Shown: positions 8,323 to 27,400 of the stretch, piece after piece
Layout: every line of letters starts with the position of its first letter
Position numbering within the stretch: the first letter of the stretch is position 1
Source of the DNA: an uncultured Acidobacteriota bacterium
GTDB lineage: Bacteria > Acidobacteriota > Thermoanaerobaculia > Multivoradales > UBA5704
Length of the DNA: 64,000 nucleotides
NCBI GenBank assembly: GCA_963770895.1
Contig: CAVYRF010000001.1
Span: forward strand, 128,001 to 192,000
Direction of reading: 5' to 3'
The notes under the pieces: generated by a model
Databases searched by the model: none
Told to the model about the DNA's origin: nothing
The model's input: the letters and a program-made list of their open reading frames with translations, nothing else
Made by a program: the position numbers and the translations under genes

Positions 8323-10869
8323 TCACTTTCCGCGTGTGGGGTGCGGCGTGCAGGGGCCGTAGGCAGCCATGCGGTCGTTGACGAAGAGCAGGGGCAGGCC
8401 GCCGGCGGTCAGGGCGGCGCGGCTTTCGGGGTCGTCGGCCCAGGCGACGAAGACCAGCGGTTTGTCGCAGGCGGCCAGGGCGGTGGGCCACCAGGCGAAG
8501 GGGCGCAGCGGCGTCTGCCGCGGGTCGGCGGTCATCCACTTGTGCAGGTAGGCCAGGACGTAGTTGCTGGTCAGCTCGCGGCCGCGCGGGCTGGCGACCA
8601 GCACGGTGCGGTGCAGGTAGAAGGGGAGCGAGGGTGGAAAGGCGCGCACTCCCACCACGTCGGCGCCCGGCGGCAGCGCCGGCAGGATCGCCGCCGCCGC
8701 GTCGCGCGCGGAGCGGCGGCCGGCGATCTCGCCCAGCAGCGGCAGCGCCAGCGCCGGCATGATCGCGATGGGCAGCAGGAGGCCGAGCAGCAGCGCCGGC
8801 CGGGCGATGCGGCTGGCGCGGCCGTCCCACGGCAGGATGCCGCCGCGGCGGTGCCCCCAGGCGGTCACGGCGGCGCCGATCAGGAAGGCGACGGCCACCG
8901 CGGTCAGGGTCGCCGGCAGCCGCGTCGCGCGCGCCAGCGCCGCGGGATGGGCGACCATGCCGTAAGCGGCGGCAGCGGCGCAGAGAACTCCCAAGGCGAG
9001 CCAGGTCCATGCCACCGCGGCGGCTCCCGGCAGCGACCTCCATGGTGCCGCCCGCCAGTCGCCTGCGGCCAGCTCGCCTGAAGGGACGGCTGCGCCGGCG
9101 CCGGCCGGACCGGCGAGCTCGTGGGAGACGCTGGCGGATCGGTTTGTCACGGCGCCTTTCCGTGGGTCCGTGCCGGTGGCAGCCTGGGGACTGGTGCGTC
9201 GCGTGGCGTCGCCGTTGCCTGGTTGGTCCACGGCGGCGGCTTCGGCGTCCACCCAGACCTTGGCGGCGAGGATGGCGACGGCGGGCAGGAGCGGCAGGAT
9301 GTATTGCGGCCGCTTGGAGTGCGACAGCGAGAACATCACCAGCGGCACGGCGATCCATAGAAGAAGGTAGAGGAGCGCCGGGTTCCAGCCCCGGCCGGGG
9401 CCGCCGCGCGGGCGCAGGCTGCGCCGCCAGCCGGCCAGGACCAGCACCGACCAGGGGAGGGTGCCGGCGATGAGGCAGGGGATGTAGAGCCAGATCGGAC
9501 CTTCGCGGTTCATCTGGGTGGTGGTCACCCGCGCCCACGTTTCGGTGACCAGGGCGTAGTGCAGGAACTCCGGCACCTGGCGCGACACCAGCCAGACCCA
9601 GGGGCCGACCACCAGCGCCAGCACCGCCACCCCGGCCGGATGCCATACGGCGCGTGCCGCCCGCCGCATGAAACCGTAGGGGGCGGCCGCCAGCAGCGGC
9701 ACCGCGAGCGCCACCGGCCCCTTGGCCAGCACCCCCAGCCCGATCGCCGCCCAGGCCAGGAGCGTCCATCCCAGGTAGCCGCGATGACCGCCCGGCGGCA
9801 GCGGCGCCGCCGGCGTGCCCGCGGTGCCGCCGGCGGTGTCCGTGCGGCCCTCGACCCTGGCGACGATCGCGCCGGCGGCGGCCTCGCTGCGCTCGGCCGG
9901 ACCGTTGGTATCGCGGCGCCCGCTGGCTGCATCGCTCTCGCGGCGGCCGGCCGCGGCGGCGGCCCGCGCCTCGACCGCCATGTAGAACGCGCACAGCGCC
10001 AGGGTCAGGCAGAACGCCAGCAGGCTGTCGAAGATGACGGCGCGCGCAAAGGCGAGGGGCAGCGGCGCCACCAGCGCCGCCAGCGCGGCGATCGGGCGCG
10101 CCCGCGGACCGAACAGGCGGCCGGCGAACCAGGCGGCGAGCGCCGCAGTGGCCAGAGCGGCCAGCAGCGACGGCAGGCGCGCGGCGGCCTCGGTGACCCC
10201 GAACAGACGCTGCGACGCCGCGTCCAGGGCAAAGAAAAGCACCGGTTTGTCGAGGTAGGGGAGCCCGTCCAGGTGGGGCAGCGCATAGTCGCCGCCGGCC
10301 ATCATCTCCCTGCCGACCTCGCCGTTGCGCCCCTCGTCGGGGTCGAGCAGGGGATAGGCGCCCAGCCCCCAGGCGAGCACGACGATCAGCGCAACCCACG
10401 GCAGGATGCAGCGCACCCGCGCCATCCAGCCGGGCTGGCGATCGTGCCGATCAGCCTGGATACCGCGCGGTGGCAGCGCGCTGCCGCCGGTGTCCTGCGG
10501 GAGGTCTCTTGCGCTCAGCACTTCGCTTGCTCCCGCGTTGCCGGCGTGCCGCCGCCGGTGCCCTGCGGCCGTTCCCGTTCGCTCAACACTTTGGTTTGCT
10601 CCCGCGTCGCGGCGTCGCGGCGTCGCAGCGTGGCCGCTTCGCCGCCGCCAGCGCTTCGTCGCCCGTCTGCGCCATCCGCCACCCGTCCCTATGCGCCGCT
10701 CGCCGGTATCCGAAGAGCCCGCCCCGCCTGGGCGCGCCGCGCAATCTACGCCAAACCCCGCCGGATGACCACCCAGGAGGGGCACCGCCTCCGGCGGCAG
10801 CGCGCTGCCTGGGGACTGACGGGGCATTGGCACTCGTTGGTAGTGGACAAGCGATGGGGTATCTGGCAT
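8323..10869 (-). CDS. ArnT/PMT-like glycosyltransferase (GT39/GT83) with low-complexity insertions
   Basis: LLDPDEGRNGEVGREM, YLDKPVLF, ARLPS, LAKGPV and SKRPQYILPLLP motifs. Start at 10869 (RBS GGGAG) or at 10425. Confidence 0.85.
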   Translation of the reverse strand: MPDTPSLVHYQRVPMPRQSPGSALPPEAVPLLGGHPAGFGVDCAARPGGAGSSDTGERRIGTGGGWRRRATKRWRRRSGHAATPRRRDAGANQSVERTGTAAGHRRRHAGNAGASEVLSARDLPQDTGGSALPPRGIQADRHDRQPGWMARVRCILPWVALIVVLAWGLGAYPLLDPDEGRNGEVGREMMAGGDYALPHLDGLPYLDKPVLFFALDAASQRLFGVTEAAARLPSLLAALATAALAAWFAGRLFGPRARPIAALAALVAPLPLAFARAVIFDSLLAFCLTLALCAFYMAVEARAAAAAGRRESDAASGRRDTNGPAERSEAAAGAIVARVEGRTDTAGGTAGTPAAPLPPGGHRGYLGWTLLAWAAIGLGVLAKGPVALAVPLLAAAPYGFMRRAARAVWHPAGVAVLALVVGPWVWLVSRQVPEFLHYALVTETWARVTTTQMNREGPIWLYIPCLIAGTLPWSVLVLAGWRRSLRPRGGPGRGWNPALLYLLLWIAVPLVMFSLSHSKRPQYILPLLPAVAILAAKVWVDAEAAAVDQPGNGDATRRTSPQAATGTDPRKGAVTNRSASVSHELAGPAGAGAAVPSGELAAGDWRAAPWRSLPGAAAVAWTWLALGVLCAAAAAYGMVAHPAALARATRLPATLTAVAVAFLIGAAVTAWGHRRGGILPWDGRASRIARPALLLGLLLPIAIMPALALPLLGEIAGRRSARDAAAAILPALPPGADVVGVRAFPPSLPFYLHRTVLVASPRGRELTSNYVLAYLHKWMTADPRQTPLRPFAWWPTALAACDKPLVFVAWADDPESRAALTAGGLPLLFVNDRMAAYGPCTPHPTRGK

Positions 10870-11096
10870 AATGCTTCTCCCTTTCGTCCGCGCCGCGTGC
10901 CCGTGCTCGCTGGGCTGCCGGGCTGGTTGGTTTGGTTGAGGCTGGGGATCGCAATAGAGATCGCAACGGGGGGGCGGACGGCGGGATTTGGCCCGTTCGG
11001 GGTCTTTACAGGGATCAGGAGAGACGCTACTATTGACCGGTTTGACCGTTGGGCGGCTCGGGGCTTGGGCTTCGGGCGCGTCTACGGGTGTCTCAA

Positions 11097-11171
11097 GCCC
11101 ACGTGGCTCAGGGGTAGAGCACTTCCTTGGTAAGGAAGGGGTCACCGGTTCAAATCCGGTCGTGGGCTCCA
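11097..11171 (+). tRNA. tRNA-Thr (GGT)
   Basis: Cloverleaf with acceptor stem GCCCACG/CGTGGGC, anticodon arm CTTCC-TTGGTAA-GGAAG, T-loop TTCAAAT and encoded CCA. Confidence 0.97.
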
Positions 11172-11305
11172 CCGATTCAACGCCAAGCGTCCGACGTAGA
11201 TTCGCCGGTCTCCATGGGTCGTTGGAGGTGGCTTCGACAGAATTTTCCGGCGGCCGCCTGTACCGGCGGCCCCTCAACAAGCGTTCAGGAGGCATTTGAA
11301 GCGCC

Positions 11306-12499
<1,194 letters not shown>

Positions 12500-12576
12500 C
12501 GGCCGGCCCGATCGGCAGCGTCCGCCTCTGAGCAACAGAGCAACCAAACGCTGCCGATCAGCCGATCGATGGGATA

Positions 12577-12614
12577 GAACGATCTGAACGATCTGAACGA
12601 TCTGAACGATCTGA
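12577..12614 (+). repeat. tandem repeat (GAACGATCT)x4
   Basis: Four perfect 9-mers read directly from the sequence. Confidence 0.9.
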
Positions 12615-12643
12615 TTACCGCGAGGGATTACAGCGGGTAGAAC

Positions 12644-12720
12644 AGGCCAGTAGCTCGAACTGGTAGAGCATCGGTCTCCAAAACCGAGGGTTGGGGGTTC
12701 GAATCCCTCCTGGCCTGCCA
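12644..12720 (+). tRNA. tRNA-Trp (CCA)
   Basis: Acceptor stem AGGCCAG/CTGGCCT, anticodon arm TCGGT-CTCCAAA-ACCGA, TTCGAAT and CCA end. Canonical position before secE. Confidence 0.97.
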
Positions 12721-12756
12721 TCTCTCCACTCTCGACTCAAGGGGCCAGGCGCCGAC

Positions 12757-12963
12757 ATGAACGAGTGGTTCCACAAAGCCAGAACCTTCCTGGCCGAGAC
12801 GCGCATCGAGATGGGCAAGGTGTCCTTTCCGTCGCGCGACGAAGTGTTCTCGACCACGGTGGTGGTGCTCATCACGAGCTTCGTCTTCGCGGTCTTCCTG
12901 TGGGCGGCCGACCAGGCCATCCAGCGCGGCTACATCGCGATCGTAGGGGTGTTCACTCGATGA
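12757..12963 (+). CDS. secE: preprotein translocase subunit SecE
   Basis: FLAETRIEMGKVSFPSR followed by one TM segment; synteny with nusG. Confidence 0.95.
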   Translation: MNEWFHKARTFLAETRIEMGKVSFPSRDEVFSTTVVVLITSFVFAVFLWAADQAIQRGYIAIVGVFTR

Positions 12964-13679
12964 GCAAGGGCAGTAACGACGACCACGTGCCGCCGCGCGT
13001 GCTGCACGAGCCGCCGCCGGTGCGGCGCTCGCTGGAGCCCGAGGCTCCGGCGCACCTCCAGGGGGCGGCGGAAGGGCATGCGGGCCACGGCCACGCGCCG
13101 CACCTGCCGCCTTTGGGCGGCGGCGAAGGCGCTGAAGCGGGTGCGCCGCGCGACCGCAAGTGGTACATCGTGCACACCTATTCGGGCTTCGAGGAGCGGG
13201 TCAAGGAGACGCTGCGCCAGCGCGCCGAAGCGCTCGACATGGGCGACGCGTTCGGCGAAATCCGCATCCCGACCGAGACGGTGGTGGAGTACAAGAGCGG
13301 CAAGAAGCGTGAGACGCAGCGCAAGTTCTTTCCGGGCTACATCCTGGTCGAAATGGAGATGTCCGACGCCGCCTGGCACGTGGTCAAGAACACGCCCAAG
13401 GTGACGGGCTTCGTGGGCACGGGCCGCAAGCCGACGCCCTTGAGCCAGAGCGAAGTGGACGCGATCCTCGAGCAGGTGGTGACGGCCAAGGAAAAGCCCA
13501 AGCCCAAGTACGTCTTCGAGAAGGCGGAACCGGTGCGCATCACCGACGGGCCGTTCAACAACTTCACCGGCATCGTGGACGACGTGAATCTGGACCGCAA
13601 CACGCTCAAGGTGATGGTGACGATCTTCGGCCGCCAGACGCCGGTCGAGCTGGATTTCTCGCAGGTGCAGAAGATTTAG
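12960..13679 (+). CDS. nusG: transcription termination/antitermination factor NusG with N-terminal extension
   Basis: [16 protein letters not shown] and the KOW motif DGPF...[14 protein letters not shown] overlap with secE. Confidence 0.97.
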   Translation: MSKGSNDDHVPPRVLHEPPPVRRSLEPEAPAHLQGAAEGHAGHGHAPHLPPLGGGEGAEAGAPRDRKWYIVHTYSGFEERVKETLRQRAEALDMGDAFGEIRIPTETVVEYKSGKKRETQRKFFPGYILVEMEMSDAAWHVVKNTPKVTGFVGTGRKPTPLSQSEVDAILEQVVTAKEKPKPKYVFEKAEPVRITDGPFNNFTGIVDDVNLDRNTLKVMVTIFGRQTPVELDFSQVQKI

Positions 13680-13698
13680 GGTTAGGGAGAAGACCGCG

Positions 13699-14124
13699 AT
13701 GGCCAAGAAAGTCGTTGGACAGATCAAGCTGCAGATCCCCGCGGGGGCCGCGACGCCGGCGCCGCCGGTGGGTCCGGCGCTCGGCCAGGCCGGCGTCAAC
13801 ATCATGGACTTCTGCAAGAACTTCAACGCGCGCACGCAGTCGCAGCAGGGCATGATCATTCCGGTCGTCATCACCGTCTACGCCGACCGCAGCTACACCT
13901 TCATCACCAAGACGCCGCCGGCGGCGATCCTGCTGCGCAAAGCGGCAGGGGTGGAAAAGGGCTCCGGCGAGCCCAACAAGAAGAAGGTGGGCAACGTCAC
14001 CAAGGCGCAGGTGGAAGAGATCGCCAAGACCAAGCTTCCCGACCTCAACGCTGCCAGCCTCGAAGCGGCGATCCGCATCATCGAGGGCACGGCGCGCTCG
14101 ATGGGGTTGGAGATCCAGGCGTAA
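13699..14124 (+). CDS. rplK: 50S ribosomal protein L11
   Basis: [16 protein letters not shown] and GTARSMG motifs. Confidence 0.99.
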   Translation: MAKKVVGQIKLQIPAGAATPAPPVGPALGQAGVNIMDFCKNFNARTQSQQGMIIPVVITVYADRSYTFITKTPPAAILLRKAAGVEKGSGEPNKKKVGNVTKAQVEEIAKTKLPDLNAASLEAAIRIIEGTARSMGLEIQA

Positions 14125-14200
14125 AGCGGTGCCGGCGCGCCGCCGCGACCCGGTCCTCCGGGACGCCGGCGCCCGCAAGCAGACCCGATAGGAGACGCAC

Positions 14201-14905
<705 letters not shown>

Positions 14906-15000
14906 GGACGGGGCTTCCCCCGCCCGCTCCCCATCAGGCGAACCGCGCCAGCCGAGACGCCCGAACGATATCGAAGAGGAAGAGCCAGGAGACCTGACCC

Positions 15001-15543
15001 ATGCCGTTGACGCGAGCCGACAAAGAGAAGCTGATCGCTGAATACCAAGAGGGGTTGGCTCAGGCTCAGCACGCCTTCCTCCTCGGTTTCAAGGGCATCA
15101 CGGTGCCGCAGGTGACCGAGCTGCGCAACCGGGTGCGGGCGACCGGCGGCGAATACCTGGTGGTCAAGAACAACCTGGCGTTGCGGGCGATCGATTCGAC
15201 CGCCCTGGCGGCCCTTGAGGAACACTTCGTGGGGCCGACGGCGGTGGTGTTCAGCACCACCGACCCGGTGTCCCTGGCCAAGGCGCTCACCGACTACGCC
15301 AAGGACGTGCCGGCGGTCGAATTCAAGGGTGGCATGGTGGAGGGGCGCGCCATCGCCGCCGGCCAGATCAAGGAGATCGCGCAGCTGCCCACCCGCGAGC
15401 AGCTGATCGCCAAGCTCCTGTTCCTGCTGCAATCGCCGATCGTGCGCTTCGCTCGCGTGCTGGCGGCCTTGCCGCAAAGCCTGGTGGTGGTGCTCGACCA
15501 GGTTCGTCAACAGAAAGAAGAAACGGCGCCGCCCGCCGCCTGA
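15001..15543 (+). CDS. rplJ: 50S ribosomal protein L10
   Basis: VVKNNL, GPTA and LPTREQL motifs; synteny. Confidence 0.97.
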   Translation: MPLTRADKEKLIAEYQEGLAQAQHAFLLGFKGITVPQVTELRNRVRATGGEYLVVKNNLALRAIDSTALAALEEHFVGPTAVVFSTTDPVSLAKALTDYAKDVPAVEFKGGMVEGRAIAAGQIKEIAQLPTREQLIAKLLFLLQSPIVRFARVLAALPQSLVVVLDQVRQQKEETAPPAA

Positions 15544-15621
15544 CCGGTCCACCGGCGCGCGCAGGCGACTTCAAGTTCTTGGAAATAGAAGCTTCGGGCC
15601 TCCCGAGCGGAAGGAGAGAAA

Positions 15622-16002
15622 ATGGCAATCGCGACGCAAGAATTCATCCAGCAGATCGACACCATGTCGGTGCTGGAGCTCAACAACCTGGTCAAGGCGC
15701 TCGAAGAGCACTACGGCGTTTCCGCCGCCGCCGCCGCCGCGCCTGTTGCAGCAGCCGGTGGCGCCGCCGCCGCGGCGCCGGTCGAAGAGAAGACCGAATT
15801 CGACGTGGTGCTGAAGGCCGTCGGCGACAAGAAGATCAACGTCATCAAGGCGGTGCGCGAAGTCACCAGCCTCGGCCTGAAGGAGGCCAAGGACCTGGTG
15901 GAAGCCGCGCCGGCGACGGTCAAGGAAGCGGTTTCGAAGGACGAGGCCGAGTCCATCAAGAAGAAGTTCGAAGAAGCTGGGGCGACGGTCGAAATCAAGT
16001 AA
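15622..16002 (+). CDS. rplL: 50S ribosomal protein L7/L12
   Basis: Ala-rich hinge, EEKTEFDV and [11 protein letters not shown]. Confidence 0.99.
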   Translation: MAIATQEFIQQIDTMSVLELNNLVKALEEHYGVSAAAAAAPVAAAGGAAAAAPVEEKTEFDVVLKAVGDKKINVIKAVREVTSLGLKEAKDLVEAAPATVKEAVSKDEAESIKKKFEEAGATVEIK

Positions 16003-16368
16003 ACGTGGAGCGACCCACCGGCCGCCAACCCTTCTTTCCCGCGATCGGCCCGCTCGTCGGGGCGCCGCGCGCAAGAAGGGCGTTGCTGTCTGGAGACAAG
16101 ACAGTCTTTTCTTCAACGCCGTACAAAGCGCCGAAAAGCGCCCTTGGCCCGGCTTTTCACCAACCGGGCATAAATCGGGCGCAAAGGGTGTTTAGCTTTG
16201 TGCACACCCCACCCGCCTTCCTGCTGAGGAGCAGGGAGCGGGTGCGGTGTCGTCTCTGCTGCTACGGCCGAGGTGCCGGCTGCGCCCCACCGGGCGACGC
16301 CGGCAGAACCCGAACCGCCCAGGCGGCGTAGCAAGCTCACCAGTACCGAGGAGAGACAAGGACCCCAT

Positions 16369-24830
<8,462 letters not shown>

Positions 24831-24894
24831 TCGCAGCGGCCGGCCGGCGGCGCGCCTTGCGGTGCCGCGCGGTCCGGCAACCTGCCGCATCTTC

Positions 24895-24925
24895 AGGGCG
24901 GTCCTTCGGGGCCGCCCTTTTGTTT
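24895..24925 (+). terminator. intrinsic terminator after rpoC
   Basis: AGGGCGGTCC-TTCG-GGGCCGCCCT followed by TTTGTTT. Confidence 0.85.
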
Positions 24926-24950
24926 GGGGTTTGGTGGTCGCGCCGACGTC

Positions 24951-25556
24951 TTATTGCGGGACGTCGCCGCCGTAGGTGCGGCCGTAGCCGTAGGTGGGGA
25001 TGAGGCGCTGGGCGGCATCCAGGTCGCGCTCGCAAGCGGGGACCAGGGCCAGGGCGAAGCGGCGCAGGTCGGCGTCGGCGGTGTGGCGGGCCTCGTGCTT
25101 CAGGGCGCGCAGGTTGCGGATCTGGTACTCCATGACGATATTGACGTAGTAGCGGTCGAAATACTGGCCGACCTGGCGGGCCAGCTCCTGGTGGTCCCAA
25201 CGCTGCTTGTGGGTGGGCGGCGCCGGCAGCGCGATGCCCAGGCGGGCGGCCAGGGGCCGCAGCTGGTCGGCGTTCTGCGTCCAGTCGTCGTGCAGCGCGC
25301 GGCCCAGGTCCTGCACGCGCGGGTCGTCGGCCTGGTGCGTGGCCAGGGCGCCGAATTCGGCTTCGACGCCGGCGTGGCGCGCCATTTTAGCGACAAAGGC
25401 GCGGTCGGCAGCGACGTCCGGCGAGCCCCCGGCGGTGGCGGCGCTGGCGCAGGCGGTGAGCAGCGGTGGCAGGCCGGCAAGGAAGGCCAGCAGGGCGGCG
25501 GACGGGAGCAGCGCGAGCGCGCGGTGCGAACGGTGGGAGCAGGGACGGGTGGTCAT
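24951..25556 (-). CDS. DUF4142 domain putative lipoprotein
   Basis: Lipobox-like LTAC, ADRAFV..MA, FDRYYV and LRRFA..L.P helical pattern. RBS GGGAGG. Confidence 0.7.
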   Translation of the reverse strand: MTTRPCSHRSHRALALLPSAALLAFLAGLPPLLTACASAATAGGSPDVAADRAFVAKMARHAGVEAEFGALATHQADDPRVQDLGRALHDDWTQNADQLRPLAARLGIALPAPPTHKQRWDHQELARQVGQYFDRYYVNIVMEYQIRNLRALKHEARHTADADLRRFALALVPACERDLDAAQRLIPTYGYGRTYGGDVPQ

Positions 25557-25584
25557 GCGGCGGTACCTCCCATCGCAGAATCGC

Positions 25585-25600
25585 AGCAAGCTCCGTTCCA
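25585..25600 (-). promoter_or_regulatory. sigma54 (-24/-12) promoter
   Basis: TGGAAC-GGAGC-TTGCT, correctly placed upstream of the RBS of the DUF4142 gene. Confidence 0.6.
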
Positions 25601-25652
25601 GGTGACCGCAGGCCGGGGCCGGCGGCGGACTGGCCGGCGCGCCCCCAGGCTT

Positions 25653-27107
25653 CTACAGGTAGCCCAGGCTGCGCAGGCGCCGGGCGTCTTCGTCGGCGGG
25701 GAGGGGGGGACGGGGGCGGTGGCGGATGAAGTCGCCGCGCAGCTGGTAGGCCATCGCATTGACTTCGAGCGGAAAGTCGGGTCGCCAGGCGGCGGCGGCC
25801 CGGCTCCAGGCGGCCAGCTCGGCCGAGTCCGGCAGCGGCGCCGGCAGCGGGTGCCGTTCGCCGGGGTCGCCGGCGAGGTCGAACTGCAGGCCGGTGCGCT
25901 GGCTGGCGACGAAGCGCGCGGGGACCCGGACCTCGCCCTGGGGCGTGGCTTCGGCGGGCAGGCTGAGGAACGTCTTGCGGCCGGCGCGGAGCTCTCCATA
26001 GAGCGGCGGGTCGACGTGCAGCTCCATGAACACGCCGGCGCCGTCGCCCGGGATGCCGGCGACGAGCGGCAGGAGGCTCCGGCCTTGGAGCGCCGCCGGC
26101 CTGGGCTGCCCCAGCGCCGCCAGGACGGTCGGCAGCAGGTCGACCACCGACACCGGCTGCCCGACGCGGCTGCCGCGTGCCGCCGCCATGCCGGCGGGCG
26201 GCTTGATGATGAGCGGCACGTGGACGTTTTCTTCGAACAGGTCGTCGCTATGGACGAAGCGGCGGCCGTGCTCGCCCATCTGCTCGCCGTGGTCGGCATT
26301 GAAGACGATGAGCGACCGGTCGAACAGGCCGGCGCCGCGCAGGTACTCCAAAAAGGCGCCGGTTTCGTGCGCGGCGTAGGCGATCTCGCCGTCGTACAGG
26401 TCGCGGTAGCGGTTGGCGTCCAGGACGCCGGGGATCCGCTGGTAGAGCGGGATCGCCGACTGCGGGATCGGCGCGGCGGTGGCGGAATGGAAACGTTGCG
26501 CAAACTCTCCCGGCGGCGTGTAGGGGCCGTGCGGATCGATCAGGTGGATGAAGCAGAAGAACGGTTGATCGCGATGGCGGTCGATCCAGGCGCGGGCGAC
26601 GGCCAGCGTGCCGGCGGCCTTGCGCTCGTAGTTTTCGCGGTACGCCTCGCGCTCGGTGACGAAGTCGTCGTAGGTCTGGAAGCCGCGATCGAAATGCGAG
26701 AAGTCGCGGATCATGACGAAGCTGGAGACGAAGGCGGCGGTTTTGTAGCCCGCCTGCGCCAGCAGCGTGGCGGCGGTGGGAGCGCGGTTGGGGAGGCGCA
26801 TGTAAAGGTGCTCGACACCGTGCCGGTAGGGGTGCAGGCCGGTCAGCATCGAAGCGATCGCCGGCGAGGTTTCGGGGGTCGTCGTGTAGGCGCGCTCGAA
26901 GAGCACTCCCTGGTCGACCAGCGGGCGCAGCTGGGGCGCCGTGGCGCGTCCGTAGCCGTACCACTCCAGGTGATCGGCGCGCAGGGTGTCGATGACGATC
27001 CAAATGACCGGAGTCGGCGGTGCGGGCCGGGAGCGGGTACACCCCACGATGGTGCCGCTCCCGATGACGAGAACCGCGAGCAGCGCGGTCGCGGCTGGCC
27101 GGTTCAT
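25653..27107 (-). CDS. sulfatase-like hydrolase/transferase (alkaline phosphatase superfamily), exported
   Basis: IDTLRADHL, T.P..ASMLTG, DPHGPY, YDGEI, ADHGE and C-terminal RLRSLGYL. Confidence 0.85.
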   Translation of the reverse strand: MNRPAATALLAVLVIGSGTIVGCTRSRPAPPTPVIWIVIDTLRADHLEWYGYGRATAPQLRPLVDQGVLFERAYTTTPETSPAIASMLTGLHPYRHGVEHLYMRLPNRAPTAATLLAQAGYKTAAFVSSFVMIRDFSHFDRGFQTYDDFVTEREAYRENYERKAAGTLAVARAWIDRHRDQPFFCFIHLIDPHGPYTPPGEFAQRFHSATAAPIPQSAIPLYQRIPGVLDANRYRDLYDGEIAYAAHETGAFLEYLRGAGLFDRSLIVFNADHGEQMGEHGRRFVHSDDLFEENVHVPLIIKPPAGMAAARGSRVGQPVSVVDLLPTVLAALGQPRPAALQGRSLLPLVAGIPGDGAGVFMELHVDPPLYGELRAGRKTFLSLPAEATPQGEVRVPARFVASQRTGLQFDLAGDPGERHPLPAPLPDSAELAAWSRAAAAWRPDFPLEVNAMAYQLRGDFIRHRPRPPLPADEDARRLRSLGYL

Positions 27108-27400
27108 GAGGGGTGCAGGATAGCACGCGCGATCGATCGATCACGATATGCGGAGGCGCCGCGGCGACGCCTTCGGAAAGCTATCGAAGATCGTCTATGT
27201 TCGCATGGTTAAAAGGTTTGCATGGGGTCGGCGGGTATTTCTATTTCGACTCGATTCTGCGCATAATCCACGCGTTCAATTAGAAACCCGCGATGCCCGC
27301 GGGTGGGATTCATGAGTGCCCGCCGCTGAGCGGGGGGTGTCGTGACGGCCTTCGGGCGGGGCCGAGCGGACCTGACTGTGCCATCTGGGAGGATGACTGC

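Noticed and set aside
12577-12614. Repeat considered as a possible CRISPR array
   Set aside because: Contiguous 9-mers with no spacers and no cas genes; no CRISPR array was seen anywhere in the window.
14906-15000. L10 leader RNA
   Set aside because: Expected at this position, but I could not verify the consensus fold by eye.
27283-27395. Possible c-di-GMP-I riboswitch upstream of the adhesin (AAACC...GTGGGA)
   Set aside because: It lacks the GAAA tetraloop and the GGGACGCAAAGC core; kept only as an unassigned structured leader.
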